A DNA stretch of 64,000 nt, taken from Candidatus Binataceae bacterium (GTDB lineage: Bacteria; Desulfobacterota; Binatia; Binatales; Binataceae). The stretch covers positions 431,007 through 495,006 of the forward strand of contig CAWBLQ010000006.1 in NCBI GenBank assembly GCA_963789715.1. Direction: 5' to 3'. The notes beneath the pieces are model-generated. The model was not told the DNA's origin, ran no database searches, and worked only from the letters and a program-made list of their open reading frames with translations. This document shows, one piece after another, positions 28,343 to 39,643 of this stretch (within the stretch, counting starts at the first letter, position 1; each line of letters starts with the position of its first letter). Position numbers and translations under genes: made by a program.

Positions 28343-29026
28343 TTACCGGGGTTCCATCGCGACCGCGTGCGGGACGGCTTTGCGGCGCGGCCGGAAATCC
28401 ACCGGCTCGTAGTTGCCGGTTTTCAATTCGCGCACCAGGTCGTCGATCGTTTTGATGTAAGCGCTGAATTTTGTCGCGCACAGTCCGATCAGGCTGACGA
28501 GGTGGCTGTCGGAACCGCCCGTCGCCGCAAAACCAAATTTCGCGATCAGTTCCGCGCTGCGCTCGTCTTCGCCCTTGCGCGATCCGCCGTTCAGCGCCTC
28601 GACCGCGACCACGTTCTCCAGCGGTCCCTTGCTCTGGTAATGCTCGTAGAGACCGATATTGGGGCGCCCCGGATGACACGGCACGACGATTCCGCCCATC
28701 CGCGCGACTTCATCGATCAACGTCTGCGCGTCGAGCCGCACGTCGGCAAAATCGAAGCGCGCCACCATGTCATCGTTGACCCCGAACACCAGCATGTGCC
28801 CGTAGTTGGTCTCGACCTCCGACGCGCGCAACACCATCGTGCCGAACTTGTCCTCGAGGGCACGGTAGTCGGCGTCGCGGTTGAACTGGCGATGCTCGGT
28901 CAGGACGATTCCGTCAACCGGCCGCTCGGTCGCACGCAGCTTGATCCAGTTGAGGTACGCCTCTACCGGTGCGCGGCTGTCTTCCGATGCTTCGCTATGG
29001 GTGTGCAGATCAAGGATTGTACTCAC
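28343..29026 (-). CDS. PHP-domain (polymerase/histidinol phosphatase-like) metal-dependent phosphoesterase
   Basis: N-terminal LDLHTHSEAS…HRQFN and later His/Asp ligands typical of the PHP fold. Confidence 0.65.
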   Translation of the reverse strand: MSTILDLHTHSEASEDSRAPVEAYLNWIKLRATERPVDGIVLTEHRQFNRDADYRALEDKFGTMVLRASEVETNYGHMLVFGVNDDMVARFDFADVRLDAQTLIDEVARMGGIVVPCHPGRPNIGLYEHYQSKGPLENVVAVEALNGGSRKGEDERSAELIAKFGFAATGGSDSHLVSLIGLCATKFSAYIKTIDDLVRELKTGNYEPVDFRPRRKAVPHAVAMEPR

Positions 29027-29039
29027 CAGGATTGAGCCC

Positions 29040-29468
29040 TCACCTCGCCGGGCGAAATTTCGCGAGCGTCACCGCGGGCGTGACGTCCTCGTATACGACC
29101 TCGACGGGCATCCCTATTTTAGCCTGTTCTGGCGTGCAGTCGACAAGGTTGGTGAGCATTTTCAGGCCCTCGTCCAACTCGACGTAGGCCATGATGTAGG
29201 GGAGCGATTCGCGAAAGCCGGGCGCCTGGTTTTGATACGTCGTCGTGAAGGTGTAGACCTTGCCGCGCCCGCTGCACTTGATCCATTTCGTGTCTGACGA
29301 CATGCAATTGGTGCAGAGCGCGCGCGGATAGTAGCGCAGGTCGCCGCACTTGCCGCATTTCTGGATGTAAAGCTCGTGCCGCTGAAGCGCCTCCCACCAG
29401 GGGCGGTTCTCTTCGTCGAGATGCGGTAGTGGCTTCGAGTATTTTTTGGCTTGCGTTTGTTCCGCCAT
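29040..29468 (-). CDS. DUF35 / Zn-ribbon + OB-fold protein (thiolase/aldolase partner)
   Basis: CGKCG…C.NC zinc ribbon followed by an OB-fold region. Lies immediately downstream of the SCP-x-type thiolase. Confidence 0.8.
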   Translation of the reverse strand: MAEQTQAKKYSKPLPHLDEENRPWWEALQRHELYIQKCGKCGDLRYYPRALCTNCMSSDTKWIKCSGRGKVYTFTTTYQNQAPGFRESLPYIMAYVELDEGLKMLTNLVDCTPEQAKIGMPVEVVYEDVTPAVTLAKFRPAR

Positions 29469-29484
29469 GATTTTGTGTCCCGAG

Positions 29485-30654
29485 TTACTGATTGCTGAGG
29501 ATAAGCGTCGCGCCCGAATGGCGCGTGCCGAGCGTTCCGCCGGTGCCGTGCGCGAGCGCGATTTTGCAATCCTTGACCTGGCGCGGACCGCATTCGCCGC
29601 GCAGTTGTTTGGTGGCCTCGATGACGAGGAAGATTCCGCGCATCCCCGGATGGTTCGACGACAGTCCGCCGCCGTCGGTGTTGATCGGAAATTCGCCGTC
29701 GAAGCGCAGCCGTCCGCCCGACACGAACGCGCCCCCTTCGCCGCGCTTGCAGAAGCCGAGATTCTCGAGCGTGACCAGCACCGTGATCGTGAACGAGTCG
29801 TAGATCATCGCCATGTCGATGTCTTTGTGGGCGACGCCGGCGCGCTCGAACGCGAGCCGGCCCGATTGGGCCGCCGCGATTTCGAGAAAATCGCGCTGCC
29901 CGCGCGCCGCGTGGCGCACCGTCTCGCCCGCGCCCAGGATGTAAACCGGCCGCTTCTTCAAATCGCGCGCGCGCTCCGCCGAGGTGATCACCAGCGCGCC
30001 GCCGCCGTCGCTGATGATGCAGCAATCGAGCAGATGCAGCGGCGACGAGATGATTCGCGACGCGAGCACGTCTTCGACGGTTATCGGGTCGCGGTACTTC
30101 GCGGCCGGATTCATCGACGCATGCAGACGCATCGTGACCGCTATTTCAGCGAGCTGCTGCGAGGTCGTGCCGTAGTCGTGCATATGGCGCTGCGCAACCA
30201 TCGCGTACGACCCGACCGTCGTGGGCCCGAACGGAATCTCGTACTGGTCGCACGGATCGCCTGCGCCGCCGCCGGCGCCCCCGCCGCCCGTGCCGATCGC
30301 AAACCGCGACGAGGCCGCCGTCGAGCCATAGACCACCACGCATACGTCGCACAGCCCGGCGTGAATGGCGGCGGCCGCGTGCGCGGTGTGCGCGACGAAT
30401 GACGACCCGCCGATCGAAGTCGAGTCGACGAAGTTGGGCGTCAGGTTCAGGTAATCGCAGAAGCCGACGATTCCCATCCCGCTCATCCCGATTCCGGTAG
30501 TGCACAGCCCGTTGACGTCCTTGATCGTCAAGCCGGCGTCGTCCAGCGCGCCACGCACGCTCTCGGCCATTATCTGAAACAAAGTTTTGTCCGGCGCGAA
30601 GCGGGTGGGATGCTCGAACACGCCGGCCACTGCGGTCTTGCGGCTTAAACTCAT
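29485..30654 (-). CDS. Thiolase-like protein of the SCP-x / lipid-transfer-protein type
   Basis: 389 aa. Thiolase fold with an N-terminal nucleophile region and C-terminal HGTG-like motif (ALAHGTGGTLG). Confidence 0.8.
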   Translation of the reverse strand: MSLSRKTAVAGVFEHPTRFAPDKTLFQIMAESVRGALDDAGLTIKDVNGLCTTGIGMSGMGIVGFCDYLNLTPNFVDSTSIGGSSFVAHTAHAAAAIHAGLCDVCVVVYGSTAASSRFAIGTGGGGAGGGAGDPCDQYEIPFGPTTVGSYAMVAQRHMHDYGTTSQQLAEIAVTMRLHASMNPAAKYRDPITVEDVLASRIISSPLHLLDCCIISDGGGALVITSAERARDLKKRPVYILGAGETVRHAARGQRDFLEIAAAQSGRLAFERAGVAHKDIDMAMIYDSFTITVLVTLENLGFCKRGEGGAFVSGGRLRFDGEFPINTDGGGLSSNHPGMRGIFLVIEATKQLRGECGPRQVKDCKIALAHGTGGTLGTRHSGATLILSNQ

Positions 30655-30668
30655 CTCGAATTCCTACT

Positions 30669-31508
30669 TCAGCTCGGCAGTGAAAAAACGAACTGTTCGA
30701 TCGCGGTGTTGTACTCGGCGGGACGCTCGCGCGGGATGTAGTGTCCGGCGTCGGGGATAATCCTGCGGGTCGCGCCGCGAATTTTCCCCGCGATAAACTC
30801 GGCGTCGGCCGGCGTGGTGCCCTGGTCGTCGGCGCCCGCAATCACCAGCGTCGGTTTGTCGATCTTTGCGATCGCGTCGCGCAAATCGACCTCCGAGCAC
30901 GCCACGATGTCGGTGTAGCGCACGCGCGGATCGGTCTTGATCTGTTCCATCCAGCCTTCGCGGACGACGTCGAAATTTTCTTTCAGGGTACGCGGAGAAT
31001 AGCCGTCGGTGTTGAAGGCCTGCGGCGCGCGGCCCATCGTGATTGCGCGCAACCCTTCAATTCGATCGGCCCCGACGTTGAACTTCGGCGCCGTGCAACT
31101 GAGAATCAGCGCCTCGACGCGCGCGGCGTGCCGCAGCCCGAGATCCATCGCAATCGCGCCGCCCATCGAATGCCCGAGTATCACCGCCGACTTGATCTTC
31201 ACCTGGTCGAGAAACGCCGCGACGAAGTCGGCGTAGTCGTGGACCGTGCGCAGCCCCTCGACGCCCGCCGAACGGCCATGCCCGGGCAAGTCGAGCGCGA
31301 TTGGACTGTGCTTGGCGCCAAACGCGTCGATCTGCCGATGCCAGGTGTGGCCGTTGGAGCCCGCGCCGTGAACGAACAGAATCCTGCGGCCGCGCGAAAA
31401 ATCGGGCACCACGTCGGGCAGCGTCGTCGCGCCGCTATAATAGTAGTAGGTCGCGTATCCCATTACGTCGGTGTATTTCGTCGGCATCGGCGCGAAACTC
31501 TCCGCCAC
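30669..31508 (-). CDS. Alpha/beta-hydrolase fold protein
   Basis: HG-box (LFVHGAG), nucleophile elbow GHSMGG, C-terminal His. Confidence 0.8.
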   Translation of the reverse strand: MAESFAPMPTKYTDVMGYATYYYYSGATTLPDVVPDFSRGRRILFVHGAGSNGHTWHRQIDAFGAKHSPIALDLPGHGRSAGVEGLRTVHDYADFVAAFLDQVKIKSAVILGHSMGGAIAMDLGLRHAARVEALILSCTAPKFNVGADRIEGLRAITMGRAPQAFNTDGYSPRTLKENFDVVREGWMEQIKTDPRVRYTDIVACSEVDLRDAIAKIDKPTLVIAGADDQGTTPADAEFIAGKIRGATRRIIPDAGHYIPRERPAEYNTAIEQFVFSLPS

Positions 31509-31564
31509 TCGCTTTTGTGGGTTAGGTATTAGGTTGACCGCGCGCTTGTCAAACGCCGCGAGGG

Positions 31565-32390
31565 TCAGCTGTCGCGCCTGCCGAGGATCAGCGGTTCGTG
31601 CTGCGTCCAGTTCCGCGACGCGCCCGCCTTGGCGAGCGCCGCAATCATCGTGTCGGCGCGCTCACGCTCGTCCGCGGGTATCAAGGGCATCCATCTGATC
31701 CTGATCCATTCATCGATATCCGCCCACTCGACCGCAAATGGCGCCGCGCGTTCCTCGACGCGCAGACCGGCGCCGGCAAATGCCCGCTGGTAGCGATCTT
31801 TGGGACGCGCATCGGCTTCGCGGCGCGGCGCGCGCCGAAAGATCACCTCGCTATACTCGCGCCACAGGTCGGGACCGACGAGCGCGCTCAGCATCTGCCG
31901 CACGCTGTCGTCGCGCTGCCCGGTTGTCACCAGCACTCCGCCGCGGCCGAGGCATCGCGCCATCTCCACCACGACATCATTCAGTTGGAGATCGGCGACG
32001 AACTGCAACACGTGGCTGGCGAAAATAAAATCGAACGACTCCGGCTTGAACGGGATTCGCGAGACGTCCGCGCGGAGCAGCCGGCATTTCGCGCCGACGC
32101 GATTGCGCGCGGACCGCAGCATGTCGAGCGTCAAGTCGACGCCGGTAACCCTGCGCCTGCCAGGCGCCTCGGCAAACTTCGAGAGATAGGCGCCATTGCC
32201 GCATCCGGCGTCGAGCACGTCGCGCGCTTGCGCGATTTCACCCGCGAGCGCGTCGAGCACGGCGCGTCGCCGATTCCCGTAGTACACGCCATCGCCGTAG
32301 GTGTCGGCCAAGCGGCCGAAGTATTCGGCTATCTGCGCAGGTTGGCGACGCCCCGAGGTTGCGCTGGAGTCCACGCCATTGAGGATGACA
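31565..32390 (-). CDS. Class I SAM-dependent methyltransferase
   Basis: Motif I VLDAGCGNG. The start must lie below 32428 (the HTH gene end). No ATG is available, so a GTG near 32375-32390 is assumed. Confidence 0.55.
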
Positions 32391-32427
32391 GAAAAGCGGG
32401 CGCGGCGTGAACAGAATCCGTCGCTGG

Positions 32428-32661
32428 TTACTTTCGTGCTTTGCGGCCCTTGGCTTTGCGCGTGGGCGCGGAATCTTCTTCGATCGGACCGGTCTGCCCG
32501 TGTTCCCATATTTCGATCGCCGCGCGGCTGAAGCGCCATGCACTACCGACGCGGAAACCCGGAATTCGTCCTTCGCGCAGCAAACGGTAAATGGTGGTCG
32601 GATGGACGCGAAGATGCGCGGACAACTCCGTGATGGTCAGAATTTCTTCCGAGGATGCCAT
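32428..32661 (-). CDS. Excisionase/MerR-superfamily helix-turn-helix DNA-binding protein
   Basis: LTITELSAHLRVHPTTIYRLLREGRIPGFRVGSAWRF is the classic excisionase-family HTH signature. Confidence 0.65.
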   Translation of the reverse strand: MASSEEILTITELSAHLRVHPTTIYRLLREGRIPGFRVGSAWRFSRAAIEIWEHGQTGPIEEDSAPTRKAKGRKARK

Positions 32662-32926
32662 CGTGTCGCCAAGCCACCCCGCGGGGAGATTTTACCGATT
32701 CCCTGTTAAGCGAGCCGTATCGCTCAAATTCGCACAAAAGCCCAAAGATAAGCCTGTAACCGTGCCACGGTTAAGTCAATACTGACCATTCGCGCCCATC
32801 AGAGGTTGAGAATCTTGGCGAATGTGCGTCAAGTTGCGTTATGGTTAGCGAAAGACGGGCAGAAGAACTCAGCGCCGCGCGTCAAAATGCTGCAGATTGC
32901 CCGTCGATTTCGGGAGGCGACTTGCG

Positions 32927-33733
32927 ATGGCATACGAAGCGATTGAAATCAAAAATGACGGCGCGGTGGCGTGGCTGACACTCAACCGGCCGCACAATCT
33001 AAACGCGCTCAGCGCGCAGATGGTCGCGGAGCTCGAGGACTTCCTGCGTCGGCTGCCCGCGCAAACCGAGACCCGCGTCGTCGTGATGAAGGGCGCGGGC
33101 CGCGCGTTCTGCGCCGGGCTCGATCTCAAGGAGCAAAACCGCGGCGGCACCGGCCTGGGCGCCTCGACCACCGACACCGTCGAGAGCCAGCGCCGGATGA
33201 GCGACCTGGTCGTCGCGATTCGCCGCGCTCCGCAGCCGTTCATCGCAGCCATCCGCGGACCGGCGGCCGGTGGCGGCTTCGCGCTGGCGCTCGCCTGCGA
33301 CGTGCGCATCGCGGGCGAGTCGGCGCGCTTCAACGCCGCATTCATTCGCATCGGGCTGAGCGCGTGCGACATGGGCGTGAGCTATTTTCTGCCGCGCGCG
33401 GTGGGCAGCTCGGTTGCGTCCGAGCTGATGCTGACGGGACGTTTCATCAACGCGCAGCGAGCTTTTGCCACTGGACTGGTCTCCGAGTTGATGCCGGACG
33501 CGGAGGTCGACGCGGCTGCCGCCAAGCTGGCGCTCGAGATGACGGAGACCTCGCCGCTGGGACTGCGCCTGACGAAAGAATGCCTCTCGATGAGCATCGA
33601 CGCCGGCAGCCTCGAGCAGGCAGTCGCCATCGAGGATCGCAACCAGGTGCTGTGCGTGCGCGCCGGTTACATCGAGGAGGGTGCGCGCGCGTTTCTCGAG
33701 AAGCGCAAGCCGCGCTTCGCCCCCCGCGCCTGA
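32927..33733 (+). CDS. Enoyl-CoA hydratase/isomerase (crotonase) family protein
   Basis: Oxyanion-hole motifs (KGAGRAFCAGLDL, …GPAAGGGFALALACD). Start at MAYEAIEIKN with RBS GGGAGG. Confidence 0.85.
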   Translation: MAYEAIEIKNDGAVAWLTLNRPHNLNALSAQMVAELEDFLRRLPAQTETRVVVMKGAGRAFCAGLDLKEQNRGGTGLGASTTDTVESQRRMSDLVVAIRRAPQPFIAAIRGPAAGGGFALALACDVRIAGESARFNAAFIRIGLSACDMGVSYFLPRAVGSSVASELMLTGRFINAQRAFATGLVSELMPDAEVDAAAAKLALEMTETSPLGLRLTKECLSMSIDAGSLEQAVAIEDRNQVLCVRAGYIEEGARAFLEKRKPRFAPRA

Positions 33734-33798
33734 CGGGCAAGAAAAAAGGGCGGTTGATCAACCGCCCCTGAGTCGCTCGCCGCGAAGGAGACGCTCGA

Positions 33799-34887
33799 CT
33801 ACCGGCTCGCCATCGTCGTCGACTCGCCGAGGCGCGCCACCAGGTACTCGGGCTGGCCCTTATGCCATACGCGGAACTGCACGCGCTGTCCGGGAGAATA
33901 TTGCGCGATCAGGTCGTTGAGTGTCTTGGCGTCGGGCACCGTCTTGCCGTCAAACTCGCTTATCACGTCGCCCGGCTTGATTCCCGCCTTGTCGGCCGGC
34001 GATCCGATAATCACAGTCCGCACCTTCGCACCCCAGACGTCGGGCGCCCACGCGGCGGTCGCGCCGAAGTACGCGGGCCCAATGGCCGGTCGAACGTCGG
34101 GATGCAGAAAATGGACCCGGTTCACGCCGTTCACGCGATGCACGATTTGCGCAATCCTGCGCGCCTCCTCCAGGCTGTAGACTTCGCCCGCGAGGTACGC
34201 GTCGCCTATCTTCGACACCGATACGCCAATGTCGGGAAAGGCGCGCGACTTGAGCGCGTCCTTGATCTGCGCCTCGAGCTGCTCGGGCGCGACCCGGCGT
34301 CCAGCCGAGGCGTTACCGTCCGGGACCATGACCAGAGTCGTTATCAGGTCATCGGCGCTCATCTGCGACGACGCCATAAGGGCCGGCGTCGCGATAGTCT
34401 GCGACACCAGATTCGGCCGATTGCTCGCGACTGGCCCGCGCTTCATCATGACCGCAACCAGCAGCATCAGCGCAGAGCCCATCGCGATGAACGCGTAGTC
34501 GCTCGCGTGAAAATGGTGAGCCGGCGGCGCATCGATCTCTTCGCCGGCATCCGCGCCGTCTTCGACATCGGCACTACCCGCCGCATCCTCGGAAAAATCC
34601 TCGGTGTAGGCATGCTCGGCGGCTGCGAGTTGTTCGAGCTGCTCGAGCGTGCGCGGAATCCCGTCGATCACCGCGACGACGTCTTCGCTCGACGACATCG
34701 CGGCGTTCGCCTGCTCGCGTCGAGCGGATGCACTCGCTCTGTCATCTGCTGAAAAATCCGCATGGAGAACTTTGGAGTCCAGCGTGACCCTGGTAATTGC
34801 GCCAACTTCACTGCGCTTGCGCTTGAAGCGGATGAGCGCTTGTTCAAGCGTCAAGATGTCAGTGGGCTCGCCGCCGTTCTTGCTCAT
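33799..34887 (-). CDS. Membrane-anchored BON-domain + C-terminal PDZ-domain protein
   Basis: Central TM. A BON-like segment (…GVNRVHF…), then a PDZ segment (VIIGSPADKAGIKPGDVISEFDGKTV). Confidence 0.55.
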   Translation of the reverse strand: MSKNGGEPTDILTLEQALIRFKRKRSEVGAITRVTLDSKVLHADFSADDRASASARREQANAAMSSSEDVVAVIDGIPRTLEQLEQLAAAEHAYTEDFSEDAAGSADVEDGADAGEEIDAPPAHHFHASDYAFIAMGSALMLLVAVMMKRGPVASNRPNLVSQTIATPALMASSQMSADDLITTLVMVPDGNASAGRRVAPEQLEAQIKDALKSRAFPDIGVSVSKIGDAYLAGEVYSLEEARRIAQIVHRVNGVNRVHFLHPDVRPAIGPAYFGATAAWAPDVWGAKVRTVIIGSPADKAGIKPGDVISEFDGKTVPDAKTLNDLIAQYSPGQRVQFRVWHKGQPEYLVARLGESTTMASR

Positions 34888-35038
34888 CGCAGCACCGCCG
34901 TCATTGTTGATTCGAGCGCTCCTGAACTCAATCGGAGAGCCTCCGCTACTAATAGCAGGGAATTGCTCCTTAGGCTAACCATGGATCAACAATTGCCGAC
35001 AGCCGCCCGCAGGAGCTGTTGAAGCAATCTAACTAACG

Positions 35039-36370
35039 TTAGATTGCTTCGCTCACCGCATCTTCGCGCTGGGTCGGCACCGGCCGCGATTGCAGCGGGA
35101 GATAGTGCCGCATCGTTTCGCCGACGTAAACCTGGCGCGGCCGCGCGATCTTCTGTTCGCCGTCGCGCACCATCTCCGCCCATTGCGCCATCCATCCCGA
35201 AGTCCGCGGAATCGCGAACAGCACCGGGAACATCGTCATCGGGAAACCCATCGCCTGATAGATTATTCCGGAATAGAAATCCACGTTGGGATACAGTTTG
35301 TGCGTGATAAAGTAGTCGTCCTGTAGCGCGATTCGCTCCAGCTCCAGCGCGATATCGATCAGCGGATTGCGCCCCGTCACCTCGAACACCTGCGCCGCCA
35401 TCTCCTTGAGAATTCTCGCGCGCGGATCGTAGTTCTTGTACACGCGATGCCCAAAGCCCATCAGCCGGCGCTCGCCCTCTTTCACCTTCCTGATCATCGC
35501 GGGAATATTCGACACCGAGCCGATTTCCATCAGCATCCGGATTGCCGCTTCGTTGGCGCCGCCGTGCAGCGGGCCGTAGAGCGCGGCGATCGCGGCCGCG
35601 GCGCAGGCGTACGGATCGGGTTGCGAGCTGCCGACCGCGCGCATCGCATTGGCGGAGCAGTTCTGCTCGTGATCGGCGTGCAGGATGAACAGCACGTCGA
35701 GCGCGCGCTCAAGCACCGGGTCCGGTTTGTACCTGAGCTCGGTCATCTTGAACAGCATCGAGAGCAGATTGCCGGTGTAGCTGAGCTCGTTGTCGGGATA
35801 GACGTACGGCAGGCCCCGGGTATGCCGGAACGCGAACGCGGCCAGCGTCGGCATCTTGCCGATCAGCCGGCGGGTCTGCAGCCGGCGCGATTCGAGGTCG
35901 TGGATATCGTTGGCGTCGGGATAAAAAGTCGACAGCGCGCCGACCGTGCCGAGCAGCATGCCCATCGGATGCGCGTCGTAGCGATAGCCCTCCATGAACT
36001 TCTTGATATTCTCGTGGACCATCGTGTGAATCTTGATGTTGTTCTGCCAGCGGTCGTAATGCGCCTTGTCCGGCAGCTCGCCCTTGACGATCAGGTACGC
36101 GGTCTCGAGGTAGTTGCTTTTCTCGGCGAGCTCTTCGATCGGATATCCGCGATAGCGCAGGATTCCCTTGTCGCCGTCGATGAAGGTGATACGGCTGCGG
36201 CACGACGCGGTGTTGGTGAACGCGGGGTCGTAGGACATCAGGCCGAAGTCGTCCTTGCCCACTTTGATCTGGCGCAAATCCGCCGCCCGAATAACCTCCC
36301 CTTCTTCGATCGCCAGCTCATATTTCTTCCCGGTCCGATTGTCAGTAACGCTCAGCGTGTTGTTTGCCAT
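35039..36370 (-). CDS. gltA: Citrate synthase (type II)
   Basis: 443 aa with canonical citrate synthase motifs (GFGHRVYKNYDPRA, catalytic His/Asp context). By my line reading the stop may be 9 nt lower than the track coordinate. Confidence 0.95.
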   Translation of the reverse strand: MANNTLSVTDNRTGKKYELAIEEGEVIRAADLRQIKVGKDDFGLMSYDPAFTNTASCRSRITFIDGDKGILRYRGYPIEELAEKSNYLETAYLIVKGELPDKAHYDRWQNNIKIHTMVHENIKKFMEGYRYDAHPMGMLLGTVGALSTFYPDANDIHDLESRRLQTRRLIGKMPTLAAFAFRHTRGLPYVYPDNELSYTGNLLSMLFKMTELRYKPDPVLERALDVLFILHADHEQNCSANAMRAVGSSQPDPYACAAAAIAALYGPLHGGANEAAIRMLMEIGSVSNIPAMIRKVKEGERRLMGFGHRVYKNYDPRARILKEMAAQVFEVTGRNPLIDIALELERIALQDDYFITHKLYPNVDFYSGIIYQAMGFPMTMFPVLFAIPRTSGWMAQWAEMVRDGEQKIARPRQVYVGETMRHYLPLQSRPVPTQREDAVSEAI

Positions 36371-36559
36371 CGACGTTGCCTCGCCTGGTTGGATAACGAC
36401 CTTCGCGTCAACATATATGCAGTATGCGTCATTTGTAATTTTATGTCCAAGCCCGCCACCCGCCTTTTTCCGTCGTCTCGCAACCGCCGCCGCCAGCGAG
36501 AACGCCGGAAGCCACCTCAGCGCAGCGGCAGCGCACTCAAGTCATCCCGACGACCCGAG

Positions 36560-37754
<1,195 letters not shown>

Positions 37755-38084
37755 CCGAAGCGAGCAACGCGAGCGGAGGGAAGGATCTCGGACAGCTTCG
37801 CGCCAGCGAAGCCGGTACCGGTTTTGAAATCGCGCAGCGCTCCTTGCTGAGATAGCCGCGCAAGCCTCCCATTCTCATCGGATGCGGCAACCCAAAACCG
37901 CAACCGGCTTTGCTTACTACCCCGCACGAATTGCCCGTAGCGTAATCAGTAAGATTTCTTGTTGGACTCAGTCCAAACCCTTCAGCACTCCTAGCATGTG
38001 GCTTCTAGACTCTTCTTCTGTTTGGTCAAACGCTCGGCTGATTAAGCGCAAGACTAAAATTCCGGCCGATTTTTCGAGAACTTT

Positions 38085-38405
38085 TCATGACTCGGTGGAG
38101 TTGGCAAACGCGATCAGGCAGTCCACTTCCGATTTCCGGAATCCTAGTTGCTCAAGAGCGCTTGGAGCATGTTGGCGCTTACGGATGAGGTCTTCCAACC
38201 TAAGCCTATTTTGCTCCGTCCGTTCCAGTTCCACCCTTCGAGCTTCCTCCCGCTCGGCCTCTGCTAAAGCGACGGCATCGCGTTTTAGGTCCTGTTCACG
38301 TCTTCGGGCACGCCAATGAGCTAGCGCGAAGTTGACGAGATAGCCCAACAAGAGAAATGGCAGCAAGAGCGCGGCGGCCGCAACGACTAACACAATGTCG
38401 AGCAC
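38085..38405 (-). CDS. Small single-TM coiled-coil protein, hypothetical
   Basis: N-terminal TM helix, then a charged EAEREEARRVELER coiled coil. Low-GC patch between the IS110 and mrr. Confidence 0.4.
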   Translation of the reverse strand: MLDIVLVVAAAALLLPFLLLGYLVNFALAHWRARRREQDLKRDAVALAEAEREEARRVELERTEQNRLRLEDLIRKRQHAPSALEQLGFRKSEVDCLIAFANSTES

Positions 38406-38513
38406 AGTCTGGTTAGCCCTATTGAAGAAACGCTGGTGGTGTGCGCCTAGTGACGCGTGTCACTTTTGGCCGAGGGCGGCGGTGCCGCAGTAGTCCTCGC
38501 CATTCAACTACGG

Positions 38514-39227
38514 CTATATTGCCTTGAACACTTCGGGCTTTATCTCGACCTCTTCGACCGTCTTCGTGAGAACCCCGATCTTCAGTTGCTTAAGCAGATC
38601 GCAGAGCTGTTCTCCATCCAGCAAATCAATTGGATGGGCGCCTTCGCGTGCTGCCTCTCTGCGAGCGTCAGGCGTGAATCGGCCGGTTGTAATGAACAAG
38701 CCCTTGTCTGTGCGGCCAGACATTGCCCCGCGAAAGTCGCGGACATCCTTCGCGGGGACGGTTCCCTTGTAACGCTTGCATTGAAATAAAACCTGAAAAG
38801 ACAAGAGATTTACCCGAAGGACGCCCATTCCGTCGATCCCGCCGTCTCCCGACTTTCCCTTCACGTCTACGTTGATGAATCCGGATTCGCGCAAAAGTCG
38901 CTGCGATAGGCGCTCAAACGCATCGGGCGGCATCGCCTGCAAAACCGCCAAGAGCTCGTCGCGCCAAGTGTCTTCACCAGGTGACTCCTGCTCGCTCAGA
39001 CCTTGGCCTTTTGGTGTGATGCTCCACACGGCGCGGCTGCTATTCTCCACCGCACCAAACAGCCGAAGGTATGTCCGCGCCCACCTTGACCGATATTCAA
39101 TCTCGGTAAGCGGGCCGTTACCATGCGGAACCTTTTGGGCTTCATCCGAGAGTTTGATGATCGCGACGACCTTATCGACATTTCCCCGTGCGATCCCTCC
39201 CCGTTGCCGCGATGTCCAGACATCGTA
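38514..39227 (-). pseudogene. mrr: mrr-like Type IV restriction endonuclease, 5'-truncated (Mrr_N winged helix partly present + complete Mrr_cat domain)
   Basis: The catalytic domain (…DGGIDGMGVL…FQCKRYKG…FITTGRFT) is intact. The in-frame upstream extension encodes Mrr_N-like …EIEYRSWRARTYLRLFG…VWSITPKG, but runs into a stop at 39228-39230. About 20-25 N-terminal residues are missing and no canonical start exists. Element B begins about 80 nt further upstream. Confidence 0.5.
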
Positions 39228-39309
39228 TCACGGAACCGGAACCGGCTTTCGCGTCGCGCGGAGCTGTCCGAGGTCCTTCCTCGACTCGCGATGCTCGCGC
39301 CGTCAGGAT

Positions 39310-39620
39310 GACGCGTGCTGACAACCGTTGTCATCAGAGATCTGGCATAATACTCAGCATGCTTGGTTCACCTGCTTCCGCCAACCCACTTCTCCCCGAT
39401 CAAACGATCCCAACTCTTCATTGGCCCCAACTTCAGTTTCACCCGTCGCCGGATCGCTCGCTCTGCCGATACTTTCCTCCCATCACGCGCACCGACCCGA
39501 CGGAAGAAATCGAAGAAAAAGTAAACTATCGACCAGAACCGTTCCCGTCATTTTAAAACAGTGTTTTTTCATGCCCTCGCAACCGCCGCTGCGCCGTGCC
39601 ACTCTGTGCGCTTGCCCTTT
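39310..39620. repeat. Element B: homolog of element A with the identical TGACAACCGTTGTCA palindrome and a GAAGAAATCGAAGAAAAAGTAAA block
   Basis: See the 19340-19640 entry. Lacks the flanking R2 repeats. Lies between the truncated mrr and dedA. Confidence 0.6.
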
Positions 39621-39643
39621 CGCGATTAAGCGGGCGGAGAAAA

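Noticed and set aside
35030-35041. 9-nt discrepancy between the track's end coordinate for gltA (35039) and the stop codon I read from the sequence lines (TAA complement at 35030-35032)
   Set aside because: I could not resolve it without recounting about 1.3 kb by hand. Kept the track coordinates for the CDS and flagged that my motif coordinates may be off by up to about 10 nt locally.
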